From: Octopus bimaculoides
Lineage: Eukaryota
DNA: 64,000 bases
NCBI RefSeq assembly: GCF_001194135.2
Contig: NC_068993.1
Coordinates: forward strand, 64,735,818 to 64,799,817
Direction: 5' to 3'
The position numbers and the translations under genes are program-made. How positions within the stretch are numbered: position 1 is the stretch's first letter; each line of letters starts with the position of its first letter. The notes below the pieces were generated by a model that had not been told where the DNA came from, ran no database searches, and saw only the letters and a list, made by a program, of their open reading frames with translations. Below, in pieces: positions 41,790 through 54,269 of this stretch.

Positions 41790-42590
41790 TTAGTTAGAAC
41801 GTATGAAGGAAGTTAAGCAGCTAACACGGTCCGTGAGTGGAGCGCCTCAGAGAACTGTCTTTGGGCTGCGGCTGTTTATGGTAGCTCTCTCGGATATATC
41901 ATCAGTTACACAGACAACCACACTTATTCGTTATGCCGACGATGCAAAACTTGCAGTATTACAAGTAGTCGACTATCCTTTCGATGCTACTCTCCTGCAG
42001 TAGACCTAGACGCCATATATAAATGGGCTGAAGAAAAAACCATCCAGTTTAACGCAGGAAAGTTCCAAGCCCTCCGCTATCAGCCTTGCTTGCGTTAACA
42101 TGCCGCAGCAAGTTTAATTTGAACCAGAAGTAATGGCAATCCCAGAGTCATGTACAGTGTGTGATGATTGAGCAACGACGCCTCGTTTCACGTACATGTC
42201 AAAAAGCTAGAAACAATGTGGAGGCATATGGCCGGATGGATTCTGAGGAAGTTCAAAGAAGGAACCGGAAGACCATGCTGGTTCAATGGAGAATATTTGT
42301 TCTCAGCCGTCTGGTCTACTGCTCTCGACTGTGGTCACCCAACAGAGTCAAATTAACAGCAGAACTTAGCTGTTCACCTGGAAGACTGCATCAATGAAAC
42401 AGCTGAGCAACCAGAAACGGCTGAAAAACATACGACTCAACTCCCTGAAGTGAAGACAGGAGAGATATGTGGTGAGCCGAGAGAGGTTGGCACTAAACCC
42501 CTCGAGAGTTATACCAGCCCTAGAAATGGACGCTACTGCGCTGTTCAAAAGGTTCTGTCCATCCTTTGAGGGGGGGGGCACTATGGTCTA
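41790..42590 (+). mobile_element. CR1-group LINE RT C-terminal fragment
   Basis: SGAPQRTVFGLRLF, RYADDAKL, DLDAIYKWA..QFNAGKFQALRY, FVLSRLVYCSRLWSP. Confidence 0.85.
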
Positions 42591-42901
42591 GAGTAAGAGC
42601 CCGCTAATCCTGGCCCGCAGCACAGGCTTTTATTTTTTGTTTACAAAACCAACTTACTGTTACGTATTTCTTCCACCAGTTGTAGAGAGATTATTCGCCT
42701 TCAGTCATTTGTTTCTGACGAATCACCTATACTGCTAAGCGCTTTATAGGTATGAAACGAACGGTGACTCTATGACCAGCCATAACTCTTAACTTCCTAA
42801 AATACACACACGCAGCCTCAGAATAGAATTTGTTTCAATTGTTTTTCGTTCTGCTTTTTGTAACCTTCTATTTATGTTTTTTAGCCCATAGACAGACAGA
42901 C

Positions 42902-42950
<49 letters not shown>

Positions 42951-43529
42951 TGAAAATTTCAGAATATTCCAAACACGAAAAATTGTTTTGGAAATTTAGT
43001 CGTGACTAAAAGCAAAGATTCACCATCATAAAATAGCAATGAAACGGATACACTGAGCAGACGGCTTGAGTCAGCACTAATATTGATATCATCATGTAAA
43101 TTATATTTTTGGTACACTGGTCTTGTCAGAACATCACAAAAACCAAGTTTTATTCTGGATGTTATTTACCAATACTTTTCACAGAAATCGATCTTTTAAC
43201 TTTTCCTATTTTTTTTTATTTATGCATTATAAACTTATGTCTATCAAATAGAATGTTGTTGCAATACCAAATATTCAGATCGCCACCGTCTCATATATGT
43301 AACAGAGAGAGAGTTCAAAACTTCTATGAAAATAGAATATCCTTGAAATAAATAGACAAAGACTTCCTCCAGGTGTTTTTTTTTTGGGGGGGGGGAATAT
43401 GAACACATTACACAATATGCTCCCATAATATCATCCATTTGGACATGCTACACAAAGCCAATTGCAGTAGATCAGGACATTGAAACCAAATATGGAAAAG
43501 CAACAGCCATGTTTTGTTCTTAATAGCCC

Positions 43530-44330
43530 TCAAAATGCTTAGTGGTATTTCGTCTGCTGCTATATTCTGAGTTCAAATTCCATCGAGGTCGACTTTGCCT
43601 TTCATCCTTTCGTGGTCGATAATTTAAGCACCAGTCAAGTACTGGGGTCGATTATTCTCCTCCTCACAAAAATCTAAACCTTGTGCCTATAGTAGAAAGG
43701 ACGGCGAGCTGGCAGAATCGTTAGCACGCTGGACGAAATGCTTAGCAGTATTTCGTCTGCTGCTACGTTCTGTGTTCAAATTCCGCCCAGGTCAACTTTA
43801 TCTTTCATCCTTTCGGGGTCCGATAAAGTAAGTACCAGTTGAACCCTGAGGTCGATGTAATCAACTCATCTCCTACCATAATATTGCTGCCCTTGTGGCA
43901 AAATTTGAAATCATTATTATTATTATTATCATTATTATTATTATTATTACAGAGCAGGTAGAATCGTGAGAGCGCAGGGGGAAAATGCTTAGCGACATTT
44001 CGCCCGTCTGTACGATCTGAGTTCTGAGAAATGATTATTTCTATTATTTTACAAAAAGGAGAACATATAGCAACATATCTTGAGATATTTTATTCTGATT
44101 TAAGGCAGTAAGCTCGCAGAATTGTAAGCACCCAGGCAACCTTAATCCTAAATTTTTTAGCGGCATTTTGTCCTTTTTTTTAAGTTCTGAGTTCAAATTC
44201 CGCCGTTGTCGACTTTGCCTTTCATCCTTTGATAAAATAAGTACCAGCCATGTACTGGGTCGATGTAATCGACTAGACGCTCCCTCAAAATTCCAGGCCT
44301 TGCGCTTATTGTCGAAAGGATATTAATTAT
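43530..44330 (+). mobile_element. Cluster of four head-to-tail tRNA-derived SINE copies
   Basis: Repeated module GGCGAGCTGGCAGAATCGTTAGC..GAGTTCAAATTCC (B-box-like)..GACTTTGCCTTTCATCCTTT..AAGTACCAG..GGTCGAT at ~43530, 43703, 43952 (partial) and 44102. Confidence 0.85.
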
Positions 44331-45205
44331 TACCTATATATATCATTTTGTATTCAAAGCCAATGTTAAATTTGTTCATCATCTTTCTGTGTTCAATAAA
44401 ATATAGCAGCATTCAAGTTCTTAAGTCTATCGAATCCAGTATTTTTTTCTTTTGTAAGTTTCTTCAAAATTCAATAATACATTGTTATTGAATTAATCCA
44501 CAGGGCATCAGATAAACTGCTTTCAGGTTATAACATAACCTGAACCTTGAGTTCAAATTCACCGAAGCTTTCATTGTTTTAAATCTTCAAAGCTCGGTAG
44601 AATCAGTGCCAGCTAGCAAAAGGAATTGACAATAATTGCCCAAATAAATGTAACTCTATATCTGCTATTGGCAGTATATTTTCATCAGTGGCGGACAATA
44701 TGCTCCCCGGTACTTGAGTTCAAGTTTTGTTTAAAGTCTAATTTAAATTTCATTTCAATGAATTCGATAAAATAATTAAGAGTTAAATATTTTCACCTGT
44801 TGGAAATTAGTTATCAAAAAGTGGGGTTCAATGGTTCACCAGTTGCCTTCAGTAGCAAGACCTATTTTGAACTGCTTTTGTTTATATTTTCCACAAATGT
44901 CCATGTTACGAAACAAGCTAAAATATCGATATATTGTTTGCGATGGAGGTGGAAATTGAAATGTTTACATTTATTTCATGGTATGGATATCAATTATTTT
45001 ATTGTTGTAGCTATAGCTTTTGATGTTATACACTGAACTTTCAGTTTACCTATCTAATGTCGTCAGAACCAATTTTGTTATAAAATGTGCATGCGCATAT
45101 GTTTGTATGCGTGTGAGTATATGTGTGTGCGCATATGTTTGTATGCGTGTGTGTATATGTGTGTGCGCGTAGGTGTTTGGATGTAGGTGTACGTGTCTAT
45201 AAATA

Positions 45206-45254
<49 letters not shown>

Positions 45255-45261
<7 letters not shown>

Positions 45262-46200
45262 CCAGTAGTCGTTTGCACTGCTTCTGCGCTTGTTTGGGGG
45301 GGGGCCTTGTGCCATGCTTGTTCTTAACGTTTGTAAGCTTGCCTGGATCGTGGGGCGCTGTCTCATTGACAGCAGGGAACTTGTCCCAATTTGCTTCAAA
45401 CCAATCTAGTGTCCGGTGCCGTTTCTTACGAAAAATCTTCAGTGCAGTAATGTAAATGGAGACCATGAGAGACTCTCATCTTACCTGTGCCTCTACATCT
45501 GAGAGTCTACAGAGAGAGCATCCTACATTAACCATAAGGACTCTTCTGCTTTATCTGGTTGTTGGCTTTGTATAGCGCATCATCTTTATCAGTATTCTGA
45601 TCTGGCAACAAAAAAAAGAGTCTTAAAAGGATCCAGTCATGGGCATATTCCTTGTATGGCACTATCTTTTAATTACCATATTCTGTTGGTACAGGTATTT
45701 TTGAGAAGGGGCGCCTCCAGAACACTTCGTACAGCGTTATTACTTTGGAAATAAAAGTTGCTGATTCATTTACTTCCGGACATTCTAGGGAGTGCAAAAA
45801 ACTCATGTAATTGTAGTCCAGTGTCATTTCTGCTGGCAATCCTATGCCACCCAACACAGTTTGGTTGATATCCTCTCTGGCGTTTGAAGTTACCAAGCAG
45901 CAATCGTTGTTCTTGGTTTGGGGTTTTCTGAATCGTCCTTGAGTGTTGGTCATAGAATTCGTTCCGTTGTATTTTGTGTAGAGCAAAGGAATGGAGTAGA
46001 GTGTAGGGCAAGGGATAGGCGTTGGTGAAGCTAGCAGGCCCATCGGATGAATGTAGTTGATGTGTCAAAATCCTCTGTACCCTGTGAGGCAGGTGAACTG
46101 TAATGAGACAGCACTTGATTGACTCGGCATTTGCCAACACCAAGCAGCAGCGGAGATTGTCCAATGAGACATGATGGTCTTTCCTTCTGTCGAAAGCGAT
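45255..46200 (-). mobile_element. RTE-clade LINE endonuclease and linker fragment
   Basis: FTNAYP..NEFYDQ..LLLGNF..GLQLHEFF (APE-like), then RKKRHRTLDWFEAN typical of the RTE post-endonuclease region; frameshifted. Confidence 0.7.
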
Positions 46201-47267
46201 CTCTTACACTTAGCCCTACATCAATTTCGGGTGCTGGCTTATAATCAGTAAACCGCCGTTTCTATGTTGAACCATTGTAATGAAGCGATGCTGAAGTGTC
46301 TTATCCAAGGCACAGACCTGAGTATGGTTAACACGAGAGACCAATAGTTGCTGATGTAGACGGTCACTCCCTCTCCACGCCAAATTGCTGTTCAGTGTCG
46401 CAGAAGTTACCAGAACAATGTTGAAAACGAAGTCGGGGTGCCTCGTGGACTTCAGTTCCCAGTTTTTTCAACTGCGTTACCCCGGAAGGCTTCAAAACGG
46501 ATGCACATTAATGTTAGGCAGCAGAGGTTTCGGGTCAAAGTTTGACTTCTTTTAGATGGAATACTTTCCCAAGGTGACAGGTTCCATCTACGTAAAGCAC
46601 CTGTCTTCGTCACTCCTGTCAGTAAAGCAATTTTGTTGGATTTAGTGTGGTTAAGTGGCATCAGAAAGTCCGAAATTCTACATGATTGTTTGAGGTTGTT
46701 TTAGATTTTTAACACAAGACACTTTTCTTAAAGTTAGAAGCTTACCCCTTGTACCACTCGTCAAACCATTTCTATGATATGAGTGTGTGTGTGTGTGTGT
46801 GTGTGTGTGCATAAGTGCGTGTGTGTGCGTGCGTGCGTGTACTGTATAGTTATATAACAATGCAAGGGTATTTTTGTTGAAGATACAAAATACTTAAGTA
46901 CATTACATATTATTAATGGGAGATGTCGACAAACAGAAGGTATCGTAAGCTATAATATAATCGCTATCTGTATTGGGCATGTATACAGTGCGAGTATATA
47001 TGCGTATAATTATATGTATGTATGAATGTATGCACATATATATATATATTCGTATGTATATGTATGTGTGTGTATGTGCATTTACAAATACACACACACA
47101 CACATAAATATATATACTTGTGCTTGTGTATGCTCGTATTTGAATGTGTAAAGGCGTGGAGTGTATCTATCTCTCGAGAGCATAAACATACTCCCGTAAA
47201 ATGTAATTTGGTTTCTTTTTGCTTATTTTCATTCATGACTGATGTGCTGGATTTTGTGTGTATTATG

Positions 47268-47322
<55 letters not shown>

Positions 47323-47930
47323 AAGAGAGAGAGAGAGAGATGCATACATCTATATGTATATATATAAATATATATCTTTGTCTTTATTTACATACGTACA
47401 TACATATATGTGGATATATGTATATGTGTTTAAGTGTGCGTCTTTTTGATGAAGAATAGGTATGTGTGTGGGGGGAGAGAGAGGGGTAGAGGCTGATATA
47501 AATGTTGGCCCTCTCTTTCCCGAGCAATCAAATCATAAACATCAAACGGTATCATTTTTATGTAAACCCTGCAATATGACACCGATCTATGTCGACAAAA
47601 GAATAAACTCTTCCAGCTAAAATCATTTCTATTCTTTTAGGATTCCTTAAGCGACATAACGAACCAGTACAAAAAAACGCCATGCTTGCCGTTGCAATTT
47701 CGATATACTCATCAAAGAGTTACTGTTACAAATATGCATTTGTATTGATACGAATCTCACTTCAGCAATTCGTTTCTCTTTTCTTTACATTTAATATCTT
47801 TTATTCTCTCTTTCTCTCTCGTTCTCAATCTCTGTCTCACTCTCTCACGCTCACTCTATTGCATGCTCTCGTGATAAATGTACATACACACACACGCGCG
47901 CGCGCACATGCACGCGCGCACACACACACA

Positions 47931-48065
47931 CATACTACACACACACATACTACACACACACATACTACACACACACATACTACACACACACATACTACAC
48001 ACACACATACTACACACACATATACTACACACACACATACTACACACACACATACTACACACACA
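47931..48065. repeat. 15-bp minisatellite CATACTACACACACA, ~9 copies
   Basis: Read directly; produces the spurious HILHT and THTT ORFs. Confidence 0.95.
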
Positions 48066-48264
48066 CATATATATGTCTGTCTGTGCATATTTGAGTGTAT
48101 GTAAAGATATATAAATTGTATTCACATCTACAAATAATTGTGCACAAATGTAGAGATATAGAGAGGTACATACATATATTATGTGTATCTCTATATATCA
48201 TATATGCCCACACAGAGACAGAGCCATAAAGACACGTACACACATGCATATCATTTATACACAA

Positions 48265-48318
<54 letters not shown>

Positions 48319-49325
48319 CAAAAGAGTGTAATTAGATAAATAAGAAAAATAGTACTTGATACAATATACACTAAAGTATAGACGTTGAGATAATTCTCGT
48401 ATAGCTTGTAAAATCAACGTTTTAGTCTAAATANNNNNNNNNNNNNNNNNNNNNNNNNNNNNNNNNNNNNNNNNNNNNNNNNNNNNNNNNNNNNNNNNNN
48501 NNNNNNNNNNNNNNNNNNNNNNNNNNNNNNNNNNNNNNNNNNNNNNNNNNNNNNNNNNNNNNNNNNNNNNNNNNNNNNNNNNNNNNNNNNNNNNNNNNNN
48601 NNNNNNNNNNNNNNNNNNNNNNNNNNNNNNNNNNNNNNNNNNNNNNNNNNNNNNNNNNNNNNNNNNNNNNNNNNNNNNNNNNNNNNNNNNNNNNNNNNNN
48701 NNNNNNNNNNNNNNNNNNNNNNNNNNNNNNNNNNNNNNNNNNNNNNNNNNNNNNNNNNNNNNNNNNNNNNNNNNNNNNNNNNNNNNNNNNNNNNNNNNNN
48801 NNNNNNNNNNNNNNNNNNNNNNNNNNNNNNNNNNNNNNNNNNNNNNNNNNNNNNNNNNNNNNNNNNNNNNNNNNNNNNNNNNNNNNNNNNNNNNNNNNNN
48901 NNNNNNNNNNNNNNNNNNNNNNNNNNNNTATATATATATATATATATATATATGGAGAAGATTAGAGGGGCGGGAGAGGAAAGAAAGAGAACTTCAGTTA
49001 TATCTGTACGTAGTTAGAATTTTCGTTTTTATCTCATTTAGCCCCACCATCCACCAAGTCGCCATCTACACCTCACGTACCACAACCAATGATAAATACT
49101 ATAAAATTTTAAAACTACAAAACCATAAATTGTGTGATATTATAGAAAATCGAAAAGCTATGAAAATTTGAATGTCTGAACATTCGAATATACGAAAGTC
49201 TGAGTGTATAGCATTCAAGAACGTACAACGTGAAAAAAATTGAATTCTATTGCTTTCAAATTTAAAACATGCTGATAGCAAACAATCTGTCCATCCCAGT
49301 GGCTAGATGGTAATAGTAATTGAGA

Positions 49326-49410
49326 TATGAGGATCGGCTGAAAATTTCATAGGCTGACCAAGATACTCTCATGGTATGTGATAATCAAATAAGGTTTATT
49401 TTTCAACATG
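49326..49410 (-). mobile_element. Solo terminal fragment of the same Himar-like mariner family
   Basis: TA-TGAGGATCGGCTGAAAATTTCATAGGCTGACCAAGATACTCTCATGG...TTTATTTTTCAACAT closely parallels 49864-49945. Confidence 0.8.
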
Positions 49411-49863
49411 CTGCCTGCCTTGTATTCCCCATCTCTTCTTACTCTTCCTCTACCTTTCCATTCCTCCCTAAGTTACCTGTAACTTCTTTTTCCCTGCCTT
49501 TTACTCTTATCATCCTCTTCTCCTATTCAACCTTTAAATCTCTCAAACCACTATGTGAAGTGCTGTCGTCAACCTTCCCCTCCAGACGAACCCGGTATTA
49601 TGATAACGTTTCTATACATCTATCTACGGCATATCCATGAATTTTTGCGCATTCCATCTGTTGTTTATGAACATTACAAACATTTCGTAATTCCGTGCTC
49701 CCAGAAATAGCTATCAAGTTAAGGAAAACTATGCATTCTCCCTTAGTCTTCTGTATTTTTTTATACTCCAAGCAATAGTAAATTTATTTGTCAATGTATA
49801 TATATATATATGTGCTTGTACATATGTTTTCATCTTCTGAATATATTTAGTCATTTTTATCTA

Positions 49864-51387
49864 TACAGGGGTCGACTGAAAAGCTCATAGGCTGACCAAG
49901 ACACTCACATGGAATGTAACGAAATGTGGTTTATTTTTCAACATACCCATCCCCCCGTAGAAGATATGACCTCATCATCACTGTGATACTGGTTCCCAGC
50001 CAAGTGCGTTTTCATGCTGAGTGACAGATGATAGTCAAATAGGGCCAAATCAAGAAAATAGGGTGGGTGATCAACCAGTTCAAAGCGACGGTAATACACA
50101 GCAGCCATTGAAATCAAGGACTTGTGTGCTGGAGCGAGTCCTGATGAAACAAGACCCCCTTTTGTCAGTTTTCCTAGACGTTTCATATTGATGGCTTTGC
50201 GTAATTGCCACAGTAAGTTCGCAAAGTACTCTCCATTGATAGTATGAGCCTTTTGAAGATAGTCAATAAACACAATGCCTTTTGCATCCCAAAATATTGA
50301 GGCCATTACCTTCTCTGCAGAGACGACTTTGGCCTTCTTTGAACAGTTGAGGAGAACTGTTTCCACTGCATACCTCTCGGTATTAACACTGCCTCAGTTG
50401 CCAATATATATTTTTTTTCACAAGACCACTGGCTGATCGCCACTCCAACACCTGTTCTGGCACTGTCTCTCTTATATATCGCTGGCAGTGAAGTGAGTCG
50501 CTGCTGTCTCTAGCGGTCGAGCGTCCGTCATTGACGAGACCAAGGACGGTCGAAATCAGGTGATTTAGTAAATCTGAGTGCGTGGGCTGATAGGGATTTA
50601 TATCTCCTGCTAGCGATATAAACAAGAGTGCGTTTTGCACTAAAAGCTAATACGAAAGGTTCTCTCGTGACATCTACCGAAGTATAGTTTGTTCTACCAG
50701 AACGTCCACGTTTAAATGGGGATATCATATCTCTTTGTTGAACCAACACTCATCCTGAGTAAGAAAACGTTCAAGGCAACCAGTTGGATCTGCCTGAAAC
50801 AATGTCAGGTTTTTCTATGACATGATCGGCCTGGTGTGCTTTTGAACAGGTGTCAGAAGACGTGGCACTCACCGAGCAGGAACCCTTGTCATGCCAAGTA
50901 CATTGTGCAAACCTTCTCAACCCTCTCGCGATGTATGCTAATAGCATTGCCTATTTGATTTATAGTCAATTGCCTGCCATCCATCAGCACGTGGTGAACA
51001 CGATCACTGTTTTCCTCGGTGGTGGCAGTTAAGGACGTCCAGACCTTGGGTCATGTTCAAGACTCTCCGTTTCCCTCCTACATTCAGCTGCCCACTTTTG
51101 CGCTGTTGATAAAGTTGGAGCCTCATCCCCTAACATGGCAATCACGTCAGCATGGATGTCCTTGCAGGTACTTGATAACACCACGACGCCAAATTTTGTT
51201 CATTTTCAAGAGAAATCGCTATTAATTACTTTTGAAGTTTTCTTTGAACAGTCAGATGTCAGTTTACCTGCAACGAAACGATGCAGTTATTAATAAAAAA
51301 GAGTTGAAATAAATGCATACAAGATTTCACAGCTCAAGCACCATTCCTTCTTCATAGTCAGACGATGAACTTTTCAGTTCACCCTTA
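49864..51387 (-). mobile_element. Near full-length decayed mariner (Himar/irritans-like) with both TIRs and a nested insertion
   Basis: Minus strand reads MNKIWRRGVIKYL, DPRSGRP, LLTPVQK, FLTQDECW, then the insert at 50372-50729, then MQW..KKAKVVSAEKVMASIFWDAKG and LVDHPPYFLDLALFDYHL. TIRs: TA-CAGGGGTCGACTGAAAAGCTCATAGGCTGAC (49864) and GTCAGACGATGAACTTTTCAGTTCACCCT-TA (ends 51387). Confidence 0.9.
50531..50565 (+). ncRNA. Hammerhead-ribozyme-like motif (type I topology, helix I degenerate)
   Basis: TTGACGA-GACC(AAGGAC)GGTC-GAAA-TCAGGTGAT-T: helices II and III intact, U at position 3. Confidence 0.55.
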
Positions 51388-51566
51388 CGACCTGATGTTA
51401 TATTAGAATGATACGGTGATAGTATTTTTGGGCAGGCAGAAATCAAACTGTTGCTTCTCTTTCTTTCTTGTTATCATCAAAATAAAACCTTCACAGTCGC
51501 TAGAAAGGTTAAATCAGAGTGGATCTCTTATAACCAAAGAATACTTCAACCCTCAACAACCTATTA

Positions 51567-51612
<46 letters not shown>

Positions 51613-51619
51613 TGTAGAA

Positions 51620-51845
51620 ATTTATAGAGAATTGGTGGCGGGGAAGTGCAGTGACGTTCTCAGGGAGTCGATGGGCGCCGACGAGAACGAACTGGTTAGT
51701 CTGTTCCGGAGGACTTTCTGGTCGGGAATTATCATGGATAATTTCCAGATGCCCTTGGCCTGACAAAGATTATAGTAGAAGGCACATGCCCAAAGTGTCA
51801 CGCAATGCGAACGAACCCGGAGCAAGCTTCTTACCACATAGTCAC
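51620..51845 (+). mobile_element. L1/Tx1-like ORF2 cysteine-rich region relic
   Basis: MDNFQ..LA followed by TCPKCH...H in a shifted frame (zf-RVT-like). Confidence 0.45.
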
Positions 51846-51852
51846 GCCTACG

Positions 51853-51896
<44 letters not shown>

Positions 51897-52070
51897 TGCG
51901 TATTTATTTATATATATACACGCACTCGCGCACACACACACACACATCTGTGTTATGCATTTGCGTACGCTTTTTTTTTTTACCTGCGAGCAATAATTAA
52001 AATGCCAGATATTGTCATAAACGCATGTAAATGTATGCATCAACTGGTTAGGTTATAAAATTTGGTATGT

Positions 52071-52123
<53 letters not shown>

Positions 52124-52669
52124 TTAAGCATGAATACATGCAATGAAATTAATGTATATGCAACTGTGCAGTTAGCATCATTGCTAATGGACACCGAAAA
52201 GGAAACAAAATTCATCTTTTTCTATACATATCCAGTGTGTTCCAGCATAACCTTAAATAGCCTTAAATGTGCTGAATAAAAGAAAGCGATGAACACGTAC
52301 GTGCACACACATCCCAAAACATAGACACACATTTAAATGTCCCTCCCACAAACATACGAACATGCGTACAAACATGCACACAAACGAGAGATCCTTTATT
52401 GATATCCAGCCCTGTTAGAAATAAGTATCAAATTTTCAACAGCTCAAACCGTAGCATACTCTACGTGGGCAGTAAGGGCATCAGATGATAAGATCCTAGA
52501 TATTCCTAAAAGGGTGGGAGCATCATGATTAGTAGACCTTGGATTAAAGTCTCTTTAACAGCATTTATCTAACGTGAGACAGTTGCGAAATACCATTATA
52601 CTGCCCTCAAGTAGTATAATGATATTTTGAGAATCCTCGACTGTGATCGTATGTCCGACATAGAGAGGG

Positions 52670-52970
52670 CAGTGTAATAAGCAGTTTTATTCTCAGCCAC
52701 ATGGTTCTGGGTTCATTCCCAACGAGTAGCATCTTGGACAAGTTTCATCTATCATAGCCTAGGGGCGGCCAAAGCTTGTGAGTGGATTTGGTAGACAGAA
52801 ACTGTTTGTCGCTCACCACCGCTTGACAACCGGTGTTGGTGTGTTTACAACCCCATAACTTAGCGGTTTCGCAAAAAAACTGATAGAGTAAGTATCAGGC
52901 TTAAAAAAAATAAGCACTGGAGTTGATTCCTTCGACTAATAATCTTTACGGTGGAAACAAGTAAAAAATA
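52670..52970 (+). mobile_element. Third SINE family copy
   Basis: GGTTCTGGGTTCATTCC, GTGAGTGGATTTGGTAGACAGAAACTG, TAACTTAGCGGTT..GATAGAGTAAGTA shared with 60488-60775. Confidence 0.72.
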
Positions 52971-53024
52971 AAAGATTTCCCCATTTCATCTGATGCATTG
53001 AATCCCTGTCATTTTTTTTTACAG

Positions 53025-53149
53025 AAATCTTAGTTGTTGGTGGATTTTGACAGCCGCAAATGAATTCGACATAGTGGAGCTACAAGTGCTGGATTTTGAG
53101 GTAGAAGACTCACCTGGGTGCGTGTACGATTCTGTTAAAGTTTATGATG
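53025..53149 (+). CDS. CUB2 exon B (125 nt, phase 2 to 1): NLSCWWILTAANEFDIVELQVLDFEVEDSPGCVYDSVKVYD
   Basis: Acceptor tttttttttacag, donor G|gtaagt; classic CxW, DFEVE, CxYDxVxVYDG motifs. Confidence 0.95.
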
Positions 53150-53203
53150 GTAAGTGTAGATATTTAACTTAAAAAGGATACGATAAATAGAAACATAAGT
53201 ATA

Positions 53204-53270
<67 letters not shown>

Positions 53271-53724
53271 CCCATGTTACAAAAGGTTTGCCATCCAAGA
53301 TTAGAACTGTTGTGGAGCTCCCTGTAATATAAAACGGATTCCCATATCATCCATGTTCATTGACGCACGAGCTCATGCACACACACACACACACACACAT
53401 ACACACACACGCATACTCATGCAGACACACTCATCTCCTCCTTTCCTGTATGTATACGGGTGCAGGCTTGACTGAGTTTGAAGAAGGTCGCTTTATAGCC
53501 ATGTTGTTTAGTGTTCAGTCCCTTTGCACGGTATGTTGTGCAAATGGCTTCTACTATAGCACCGAGCCGTCCAATGTCTTATGAGTTGATTTGGCATGCG
53601 GGAACAGTGGAAGCCCGTCGTATATATATATATAATCTTTTATTTGTTTCAATCGTTTGACTGCGGGCGTGCTGGAGAACCGCCTTGAGGTTTTAGTTGA
53701 ACAAATCTAGCCCGGAGTTCAGGG

Positions 53725-53930
53725 AGTCTCTCTAGGCCATGCTGCTATTTCTTCGCAGCCAGAGATCACTTCGGGCATGTGATTATAGTAGCGCGGGAAA
53801 TAATCGCAAGCCAGATTCTTCAAGTCGAGCCAACCAACATAAAACCTAGTGGCAAACCAAGAATGAAATGATTGGATAATATCCATAATTTTTGTTGGTC
53901 AGCTTTGGGAATCCAGCAGGAAGTTTTAAT
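53725..53930 (+). mobile_element. RTE-like LINE 3' fragment
   Basis: HFGHV..QILQVEPTNIKPSGKPRMK*LDNI..CWSALGI resembles the RTE C-terminal GH..RGRP..W.D region. Confidence 0.55.
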
Positions 53931-54269
53931 TATGATTATTTCCTATAGAGGAGGTGCCTCAGTACTCTATCCCTACGATCCACCCAGGAATCGTGGAGAG
54001 TGGGATTAAATTGACTGTAATTACAACATTAATGGGGAAAGCAGTGATGAATGTTAAAGAAAACTTATTCGCGCAAAAGATGTAGTGAACTTAGCTTCGA
54101 ACTTCTAAAATAAGTGTGAAGTCAGTCTGAAGGTGGAGAGAGAGGCTGGTTCTTGGTGCTGAGGTGTGTGTGCGTGCGGGCGCGTTTATTTATATTGAAT
54201 GTAATTATATCAACCAATGTAAACTTTCAAGTTTTTTTCTCACGTGACTTTTTTTGTCTCACTCAACAG

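Noticed and set aside
45415-45445. Minus-strand CTGAAGA-TTTTTCGTAA-GAAA hammerhead-like spacing
   Set aside because: Only a 2-bp A-U helix II and it lies in RTE coding sequence (LKIFRKK)
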